A DNA stretch of 63,862 nt, counting the filler, from Octopus bimaculoides (taxonomy: Eukaryota), in the NCBI RefSeq assembly GCF_001194135.2. It is 8 parts of 8 records of this genome, joined end to end, with 100 filler letters (N's around TTAATTAATTAA, not from the genome) between each part and the next. Parts side by side here need not be neighbours in the genome. Positions count along the whole stretch, not along the records: positions 46,547 to 54,520 come from NC_069005.1; positions 54,621 to 60,581 come from NW_026297921.1; positions 60,682 to 62,359 come from NC_068987.1; positions 62,460 to 63,862 come from NC_069001.1; 4 more parts are not named here. One strand, 5' to 3'. The notes beneath the pieces were generated by a model, which was given only the letters and a program-made list of their open reading frames with translations, made no database searches and was not told the origin of the DNA. This document shows, in pieces, positions 53,575 to 63,862 of the stretch (its first letter is position 1; each line of letters begins with the position of its first letter). The position numbers and the translations under genes are program-made.

Positions 53575-54505
53575 ACTTTCTTTCTCTGTTCTTTTCACAT
53601 TCGCTTCTTTCAATTTCTGTCTCTTCAAATAAAATTTTTTCGGATACGACTGCTTACAAAAATAAGGATTAATGTATAATTTCTTTCTATGTTCATAATT
53701 TTTGTTTACAATATTGGGAAAAATATGCCACAAAAGAAAAGACCTTATCTCTCCAGAAACAAGTATAAAGCAAGGAGGATTGTAGAAAACCGAAGGCGAG
53801 AGCTTGAAGAGAGAAGCTAGATGAGATTTTCTCAAGATCAGCAAATGCATGTTGCAGCACTTAATGCTGGATCATTAAATCAACGTTTTAATTATTAGAC
53901 AGAAGTCCAATAGAATAGCTCTCAGAAATAGACTACATACAAATTCGTTCTTCACAATTCCTGAAGCTGTTTTCTGATATGATCCATCCAATTCTTATAA
54001 AAATAATAACTCTGTCCAAATTGATGTGCTAAACACAAATTGTCTTTTCTGTAGAGCTTTAAAATTTTCAAATAAAACAAACGGTATGTGCTGCTCAGGC
54101 GGTCAGGTAGTATTGCCAACACTACAAGCTCCTCAACCTCTTATGGATCCTCTAGAAGGTATTTCCATCCAGTCAAAGAATTTTCTGAACAATATCAGAC
54201 AATACAACTCTGCAAAATGACATCGATTGGTGCATCTAAGAAGATAGATAAACATGAATTTACGACGACGTCAAAGTTCAAGGGCAAGTCTATCACCTCA
54301 TTGGTTCCCTGTTACCCACAAATGAACAACCACAGTTCTTTTAAATTTACTCTATGAGTGATGATGTAGGACAAAAAATCCGAAGGAGGTGTCGACGTTT
54401 CAGATGTAATATATTATATACAATATATTATATTATATACAATATAATATATTATATACAAACTATGCCATTTTAATCCCGAGCAATGCCGGGTGTCTCT
54501 GCTAG
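53575..54505 (+). mobile_element. internally deleted Helitron (RepHel N-terminus joined to 3' end)
   Basis: CLFCRALKF..GMCCSGGQVVLP..FLNNIRQYNS..MTSIGA..KVQGQVYHLIGSLLP; 3' hairpin CCCGAGCAATGCCGGG then CTAG|T at 54505. Confidence 0.85.
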
Positions 54506-54620
54506 TATATATATAAATATNNNNNNNNNNNNNNNNNNNNNNNNNNNNNNNNNNNNNNNNNNNNTTAATTAATTAANNNNNNNNNNNNNNNNNNNNNNNN
54601 NNNNNNNNNNNNNNNNNNNN

Positions 54621-57600
54621 TACGTACATCTGTACATACGTACGTAGGTACTAACGTAGGTACGTACGTAGGTACGCAAGTGCATCCATACACTTCGTAT
54701 CTAGTTACGTTCGTACATCCCTACGTGCGTGCATCCATACATACGTACGTACGTACGTACGTACATCTATAAATACGTACGTAGGTACGTACGTACGTAC
54801 ATTCATTCATACGTACGTAGGTACTTACATCCATACATAAATATGTAGGTGCGTACGTACATCCATACATAAATATGAAGGTACGTACGTACGTCCATAC
54901 ATACGTAATTACGTAAGTACATCCATACATACATACGTATTTACGTACGTACATACATGCATACGTACGTAGGCACGTACGTACATCCACACATGCGACC
55001 GTAGGAGCGTACGTACATACATACACGTACGTACGCACATACGTACATCCATACATACTTACGTATATCCATACATACGTACGGAGGTACGTACGTATAT
55101 CCTTACATACGTACGTAGGTACGTAGTTACATCCATACATACGTACGTAGATATGTACTTACATACATACATACGTACGTACATCCATACATACATACTT
55201 AGGTACGTACGTACATCCATACATACATACGTACATCCATACATAAGTACGTATATCCATATTTACGTACGTAGGCACGTACGTGCATCCGTACATACGG
55301 ACGCACGTAGCTACGTAAGTGCATCCATACACAACGTACGTAGCTACGTACGTACATCCATACGTGCGTACATCCATACATCCGTACGTAGGTACGTACG
55401 TACGTAAGTCAGGACAAACGTACATCCATACATACGTATATAGGTAAGTACGTACATACATACAAACGTACATAGGTACGTACGAACATCCAAACATAGG
55501 TACGTACGTACATCCATACATACGTACGTACATCCATACTTACGGATGTAGATACGTACGTACACCTGTACATACGTACGTACGTAGGTACGTAAGTGCA
55601 TCCATGCACTACGTACCTAGTTACCTTCGTACATCCCTACGTGCGTGCATCCATACATACGTACGTAGGTACNNNNNNNNNNCGTAGGTACTACGTAGGT
55701 ACGAACGTACATCCATACATACGTATATACGTACGTTTGTACATATATACAAACGTACATAGGTACGTACGTACATCTATACATACGTACGTAGGTATGT
55801 ACGTACATCCATACATACGTACGTAGGTNNNNNNNNNNACGTACGTAGGTATGTACGTACATCCATACATACGTACGTAGGTACGTACTTACATCCTTAC
55901 ACGCATACGTAGGTATGTACGTACATCCATACATTACGTACGTACATCCATACATACATACGTAGGTACGTACGAACATCCATATATACATACCTAGGTA
56001 CGTATGTAAATCCATACATATGTACGTAAGTACGTCCGTAGGTACGTACGTACATCCATACTTACTTACATAGGCACGTACGTACATCTATACATACGTA
56101 CGTACATTCATTCTTACGTACTGAGGCACGTACGTACATCCATACATACTTACATAGGCTCGTACGTACATCCATACATACGTAAGTAGGTACGTACATA
56201 CATCCATACATACGAACGTGGGCACGTACGTACTTCCATACATACTTACGTAGGCACGTACGTACATCCATACATACGTACGTAGGCAACTACGTCCATC
56301 TATACATATTTACGTAGGCACGTACATACACCCATACATACGTACGGAGGTACGTTCGTATATCCATACATACGTAAGTACCTACATAGATACGTACGTA
56401 GGTACGTACGTACATCCATAGATACGTGCGTAGGTACGTACGTACATTTCATACACACCTACGTAGGTATGTACGTACATCCATACATTACGTACGTATG
56501 TACGTACCTATATCCATACATACATACATCCATACAAACGTACGTACGTACATCCATACATACGTACGTAGGTACGCACGAACATCCTTACATACGTACG
56601 TTGATACGTATGTACATCCATACATGCCTACGTAGGAATGTACGTAAAAACATGCATGTACGTACGTGCCTACGTACGTACATCCATACATACTTACGTA
56701 GGCACGTACCTACATCCATACATACGTACGTCGGCACTCACGTACTTCCATACATACGTACGGAGGTACGTGCGTACATACATAGATACGTACGTAGGCA
56801 ACTACGAACGTCTATACATATTTACGTAGGCACGTACGTACACCCATATAAACGTACGGAGGTACGTACGTACATCCATACCAACGTACATAGGTAGTTC
56901 CTACATACATACGTACGTAGGTACGTAAATACATCCATACATACGTACGTAGGTACGTACCAACATCCATGCATACATACGTAGGTACATATCTATATCC
57001 ATATATACGTANNNNNNNNNNNNNNNNNNNNNNNNNNNNNNNNNNNNNNNNNNNNNNNNNNNNNNNNNNTAGGTACGTACGTACATCCATACTTACGGAC
57101 GTAGTCACGTACTTACATCTATACATATTTACGTAGATACATAAATACATCCATACATACGTACGTAGGTACCTACGTAGGTACGTAATAACATCCATGC
57201 ATACATACGTAGGTACATATCTATATCCATATATACGTANNNNNNNNNNNNNNNNNNNNNNNNNNNNNNNNNNNNNNNNNTAGGTACGTACGTACATCCA
57301 TACTTACGGACGTAGTCACGTACTTACATCCGTACATACGTACGCACGTAGACACGTAAGTGCATCCATACACTACGCACGTAGTTACGTACGTACATCC
57401 ATACGTCCGTACATCCATACATACGTACGTAAATACGTACGTACATCCATACATACGTATATATGTAAGGACGTACATAGATACGTACGTACATCCGTAA
57501 ATACGTACGTAGGTACGCACGAACATCCATACATACGTACATAAATACGTANNNNNNNNNNACGTACGTAGGTACGCACGAACATCCATACATACGTACA

Positions 57601-60581
57601 TAAATACGTACGTACATCCATACATGCTTATGCAGGCACGTACGTACACACATACATCCGTACGTAGGCACATACGTACATCCATACATACTTACATAGG
57701 CACGTACGTACATCCATACATANNNNNNNNNNNNNNNNCTTCCATACATACTTACGGAGGTACGTGCGTACATATATAGATAGGAACGTATGTACTTACG
57801 TACATCCATACATACGTATGTAGGTACGTATGTACATCCATACATACGTACGTAGGTACGTATGTATATCCATACATACGTACGTAGGTACGAACATACA
57901 TACATCCATTCGTATATACGTACGTTTGTACATATATACAAACGTACATACGTACGTACGTACATCCATCATACGTACGTACGTACATCCATCATACGTA
58001 CGTAGGTACGTGCGTACATCCATCCATACGTACGAAGGTACGTAGGTACATCCATACATGCGTACGTAGGTACGTACGTATATCCATACATACGTACATA
58101 GGTACGTACTTACATCCATACATACATACGTAGTTATGTATGTACATCTATACATTACGTATGCATGTACGTACGTACATCCATACGTACGNNNNNNNNN
58201 NTACATCTATACATTACGTATGCATGTACGTACGTACATCCATACGTACGTGCTTCCATACGTACGTACATAGGTACGTACGTACATCCACACATACGTA
58301 CGTAGGTACGAAGGAACATCCATCCATACATAGGTAGGTACGTACGTACATCCATACATACCTACGTAGGTACGTACGTACATCCATACTAACGTACGTA
58401 GATACGTACGTACATCTGTACATACGTTCGTACGTAGGTACGTAAGTGCGACCATGCACTACGTACCTAGTTACGTTCGTATATCCCTACGTGCGCGCAT
58501 TTATACATACGTACGTAGGTACGTACGTTGGTATGTACGTAAATCCATACATACGTACGTCCATCCATACATACATGCGTAAGTACGTACGTACATCCAT
58601 ACATACGTAGGTACGTACATCCATACATAGGTAAGTAGGTACTACGTAAATCCATACANNNNNNNNNNGTACGTAGGAAGGTACGTAATCCATACATACT
58701 TACGTGGTCACGTACGTACATCCATACATAAATACGTAGGAACATACGTAGGTACATCCATACATACTTACGTGGGCACGTACGTACATCCATACATAAA
58801 TACATACGTACGTACGTACGTACGTACATTCATACATACATACGTAGGTACGTACGTACATACATACATATGTTCGTAGGGACGTACGTCCGTCCATACA
58901 TACATACGTATGCACGTACGTACACCCATACATACGTACGGAGGAACGTACGTACATCCATGCATTCGTACGTATTTACGTAGCTACATCCATACATACG
59001 TACGTAGGTATGTACGTACATACATACCTGCGCACGTAGGTACGTACGTGCATACATACATACGAACGTAGGTACGTTCGTACATAGATACATACATACA
59101 TACGTACGTAGGTACGTACATACATACATACCTACGTACTCACATACATACGTACGTAGGAACGAACGTTGGTAAGTACGTGCATCCATATATGCGTACG
59201 TAGCTACGTACGTACATCCCTGCATACACACGTAGGTACGTAAGTACATCTATACATACATACGTAGGTACGTACGTACATCCATACATACGTACGTAGG
59301 TNNNNNNNNNNCATACATACGTAGGTACGTACGTACATCCATACATACGTACGTAGGTACGAACTTACATCCATACTTACGTACGTAAGTACGAACGTAC
59401 ATCAATACATGCGTACGAAGGCACGTACTTACCTACATACATACGTACGCAGGGAGCACGTACATTCCATACGTACTTACATAGGCACGTACTTACATAC
59501 ATACATACTTACGTCGGCACGTACGTACATCCATACACACGTACATAGGCACGTACGTATATCCATGCATACATACGTAGTAACGTACGTACATATATAG
59601 ATACGTACGTAGGTACGTACCTACATCCTTACATACGTACGTAGGTACTCATGTACATCCATACATACACACTTATGTNNNNNNNNNNTCCATACATACG
59701 TACGTAGGTATGTACGTACATCCATACATACGTACGTACGTAGGTACGTAATCCATACGTACTTTCGTAGGTACATACATATATACGTAGATACGTACAT
59801 CCATACATATATACGTAGGTACGAACGTACATCAATACATACGTACGTAGGTACGTACGTACATCCAAACATACAAGCCTAGGTACATACATACATACGT
59901 AGGTACGTACGTACATCCATACATACGTATGGAGGTACGTACGTAGATCCATTCATACGTACGTACATCCATACATACGTACATGCATCCATACATTACG
60001 TACGTAGGTATGTACGTACTTCCATACGTACCTACATCCACACATATGTACGTAGGTACATATGTACGTAGGCACCTACGTACATCCATACATACTTACA
60101 TAGGCACGTACGTACATACATACATACGTACGTAGGTACGTACCTGCATCCATAAAAACGTATGTAGGTACGTACGTATATCCATACGTACATACGTAGG
60201 TACGTACGTAGGCACCTTACATACATACATACGTACGTAGGCACGTATATACATCCATACATACGTACGTAGGCACGTTTGTACATCCATACATACGTAC
60301 GGNNNNNNNNNNNNNNNNNNNNNNNNNNNNNNNNNNNNNNNNNNNNNNNNNNNNNNNNNNNNNNNNNNNNNNNNNNNNNNNNNNNNNNNNNNNNNNNNNN
60401 NNNNNNNNNNNNNNNNNNNNNNNNNNNNNNNNNNNNNNNNNNNNNNNNNNNNNNNNNNNNNNNNNNNNNNNNNNNGTACATACATCCATCCATACGTACG
60501 TAGGTACCTACGTACATCCGTACATAGGTATGTACGTACATCCCTACATACGTACGAAGTTTCGTACTTATATCCATACAT
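54621..60581. repeat. about 6-kb degenerate satellite, roughly 32-bp unit AGGT-ACGT-ACGT-ACAT-CCAT-ACAT-ACGT-ACGT
   Basis: Clean unit at 59266-59297; CATCCATAC consistently on the plus strand; many small gaps. Confidence 0.92.
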
Positions 60582-60702
60582 NNNNNNNNNNNNNNNNNNN
60601 NNNNNNNNNNNNNNNNNNNNNNNNNTTAATTAATTAANNNNNNNNNNNNNNNNNNNNNNNNNNNNNNNNNNNNNNNNNNNNATATATATATATATATATA
60701 CT

Positions 60703-60858
60703 CCTTCTTTCAGTTTCCCTCTACCAAATCCTCTCACAAGGCTTTGGTCGGCCCGAGGCTATAGTAGAAGACACTTGCCTAAAGTGCCACGTAGTGGGAA
60801 TGAACCCAGAACCATGTGGTTGGTAAGCAAGCTTCTTCTCACAGCCACTCTTGTGCCT
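60703..60858 (-). mobile_element. SINE family A 5' half
   Basis: Homology to 469-630. Confidence 0.8.
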
Positions 60859-60893
60859 ATGTACGTTTATAAATGTATATTATTTCATGTATA

Positions 60894-60926
<33 letters not shown>

Positions 60927-61554
60927 TGCATGCATGCATGCATGCATGCATGTATGTATGTATGTATGTATGTATGTATGTAGGTATGTATGTATGCGTG
61001 TGTATATGTGCGTATGATTGTTTCATAATTAGATTTTGCTATTTGAGTAACATATGCTTTGCAGTGGAAACTCAAGACTGAAACACGTCTGCTGCTTGCA
61101 TTACTTGAGTTTAAAAACCAAATCCATTCCAATCTACGTAGATTGTATTACCAAAAAATGATTCTATTCTATAATCTTCATAGTCACCCATTTTTCTTGA
61201 TGATTTTTAGAGTTCTAACAGCCATGCAAGGACATGTTTTTACTACATATTGTTTGAATAGTCTCTGCTGATATCAAAGTTGTTTGGATCACTTTATTGC
61301 ATAGTTAGACACCTCTACCATATCTATATTCAATATGCTGAACGCTCTCCTCTTTATAATATATAACAACAATATGATCTTGTGCCATACAGGGTTACGT
61401 ATTTTGCTACTTGCTCATTTATACAATCTCTAACACCTTTTGCTACGTATAAACGAGTATTTAAGTAACGAAATAGTAGGTCTACAAAAAAAAATTAATA
61501 AATCCATTATCTCAACCTGATTTATGATAATGCAGTGAACTTATCAGAAAACAT

Positions 61555-61720
61555 TCTATGTGGCTGTGTGGTAAAGAATTTTGCTTCCCAACCGCATGGT
61601 TCTGGGTTCAGTCTCAATGTGCAACACCTTAGGTAAGAGTTTTCCACTATAGCCCCGGACCGACCAAAGCTTTGTGAGTGGATTTGAGTGACAAAAACTG
61701 AAAGAAGCCCATCGTACATC
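61555..61720 (+). mobile_element. SINE family A 5' half
   Basis: Homology to 469-630. Confidence 0.8.
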
Positions 61721-61760
61721 TGTCTGTCTGTCTCTCTCTCTCTCTATATATATATATATA

Positions 61761-61855
61761 CAGAGCCGTCGCTCTAAAACCACAAATTGGTATTTTAATA
61801 CCCTACTAAATTTTGTTTGTATTTTTACCTATAAAGGTATAAACTTGCTAGCCAC

Positions 61856-61900
<45 letters not shown>

Positions 61901-62216
61901 GGTAATGATGCCTATTTAATTTTATATACACTGGCTCAAGTTATGTTTGTTTTCGAATTTTGCAGAAGTATTCAAATGAAAGAACGCACACAGTGTAAAA
62001 TGATGAATATTTCAGAAATAGATGTTTCGCATAAAATCTGGTTGAAGAGCTTTGAGTATGTTTATCATACAGAACGCATAAATCAATTGATCCCGGAATA
62101 TACGCATTCCTTACGTCTGTAGTTCATACAAGGTAAGCGTATTTCTGTTAGGTTTGTTGCATTCGTCATGTGTATTTTAATAAAGAGTAATTTCTGGTTT
62201 TAGAGCGATATCTCTG
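61761..62216. mobile_element. putative MITE with 28-bp TIRs
   Basis: CAGAGCCGTCGCTCTAAAACCACAAATT versus reverse complement of right end CAGAGATATCGCTCTAAAACCAGAAATT (24/28). Confidence 0.55.
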
Positions 62217-62459
62217 TTTATAGCTAGTGGTATTTTAATATCCTACTGAATTTTGCTTGTACTTTTTTACCTATAAAGGTCTAAACGTACTAGCCACTTT
62301 ATTATTATCACTATTATTATCAATAATGGTAATGACACCTATTTAATTTTATATATATANNNNNNNNNNNNNNNNNNNNNNNNNNNNNNNNNNNNNNNNN
62401 NNNTTAATTAATTAANNNNNNNNNNNNNNNNNNNNNNNNNNNNNNNNNNNNNNNNNNNN

Positions 62460-62665
62460 CACGCCGGACGAAATGTTTAGCGGTATTTCGTCTGCCGTTA
62501 CGTTCTGAGTTCAAATTCCGCCGAGGTCAACTTTGCCTTTCATCCTTTCGGGGTCGATAAATTAAGTACCAGTTACGCACTGGGGTCGATGTAATCGACT
62601 TAACCCCTTTGTCTGTCCTTGTTTGTCCCCTCTATGTTTAGCCCCTTGTAGGCAATAAAGAAATA
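62460..62665 (+). mobile_element. SINE family B followed directly by a SINE A 3' tail (62668-62772)
   Basis: Near-identical to 33360-33565. Confidence 0.85.
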
Positions 62666-62779
62666 AGAATAAATACTAGGCTTACAAAGAATAAGCTCTG
62701 GGGTTGATTTGCTCGACTAAAGGTAGTGCTCAAGCATGGCCACAGTCAAATGACTGAAACAAGTAAAAGAGTATGTGTT

Positions 62780-62950
62780 CCGTCTGTATCTCTGCAAATT
62801 TCAAATGTGTCCTTAGCCTTGCGAAACACATTTTGAAGCATTTCAATATTTATCTCCTGCACTGCTAACTGAATGCCTTCTTTATGTTTAGCTAAACTAT
62901 TGCTCCAGCCTGGAGATGGAGGTAGAGAAAATGATTGCAGCCAAATTGAA
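62780..62950 (-). mobile_element. mariner transposase C-terminal remnant
   Basis: SLAKHKEGIQLAVQEINIEMLQNVFRKAKDTFEICRDTDGTH. Confidence 0.45.
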
Positions 62951-63817
62951 GAAAAGCTGTCGTGGACAGATAAGAATATAAAAATATAAAATTATAAGCA
63001 AAATTAAAATTTTATTCACTTAGAACATATTTTAAATATCATAAACATAGATAAAAGTGAGTTTTTTTAAAGAAAATATCCGATTTCACTGCAATAGATA
63101 GTTAATTCTAGAATATTCTGTATAGGTAACATACTTGAAGTTAAATGTTAGAAAACAGCTATGTTAAATAGATTCTTTGAAAATAAGTAAATATTCTCCA
63201 AGGTAGAATATTTCTCCACAGTATCTCTGATTAATGTTTTAAAATTCACTTTTAAACATGAACATTGTAAAACTCCTGCAAAATATGTGAAATGTTCAAT
63301 AACAAGTTAATTTTCTAGTGCAAATGGGAAATACAGGAATGTAGTAAAATTGAATTTGACAAATGCAAGTGAATAACTTAATACTGTCTCCTAATGTAAT
63401 GATTTTACAAGTAAATGAGAAATAAAAGGCAGTTAGTCATGCTGACTTTTTCATTTACTATGAAATATAATATACACGCACGTATGCACTGTCTCTTAGT
63501 TGTTAAAAATTTGATATGAAATAAGGTCAATGAATTTTAAAGAAGTAACAGTCACGGGAAATGACATACCCGGTGAATAACTGTTTTTTAAAAATAATCG
63601 TAACAAATTTCACTTCCCGTTTATAATTCGCAACTTTATCTTAAGATAACACATAAACAGGGACAAACTTATTGCAAATGTTTCAGATATTTGTTTAACT
63701 ATTTGAAATGCATGCATAAGAATGTCAATACCATGTGCGTGTGCTGAAATAGTGCTGTCATTAGTAAATAATTCTTCGAAATAATTTAGCTGTTACTGGC
63801 ATAACACATAAACACAC

Positions 63818-63860
<43 letters not shown>

Positions 63861-63862
63861 AT

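Noticed and set aside
54721-60581. Dozens of MYVRTYV-type ORFs
   Set aside because: Translations of the stop-poor satellite; not a CRISPR array either (no unique spacers, eukaryotic context)

Overview
Repeat-rich animal genomic DNA, most likely an octopus. This rests on tRNA/CORE-type SINEs resembling the octopus OR/OK families, dense TA/TAGA/TAA microsatellites and Dong/R4, Penelope and RTE retroelements. The window is a draft-assembly concatenation: seven N44-TTAATTAATTAA-N44 linkers join separate pieces, so adjacency across them is not guaranteed. The only host gene I can support is the first coding exon (T1 domain, minus strand, 28636-29202) of a divergent Shaw/Kv3-type potassium channel. 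The rest is transposon debris (Dong/R4, two Penelope-like types, RTE, CR1/L2, mariner, a near-complete Tigger, an internally deleted Helitron, MITEs, SINEs) and a 6-kb CpG-rich satellite with a 32-bp unit. The most notable unexplained signals are: several type I hammerhead ribozyme motifs (23.5/23.9 kb, 49.1 kb, degenerate at 31.7 kb); a recurring 'element 3' end -> (TAA)n -> 5'-truncated retroelement' chain; and two isolated pre-miRNA-sized hairpins. Element boundaries are read by eye and approximate unless stated.
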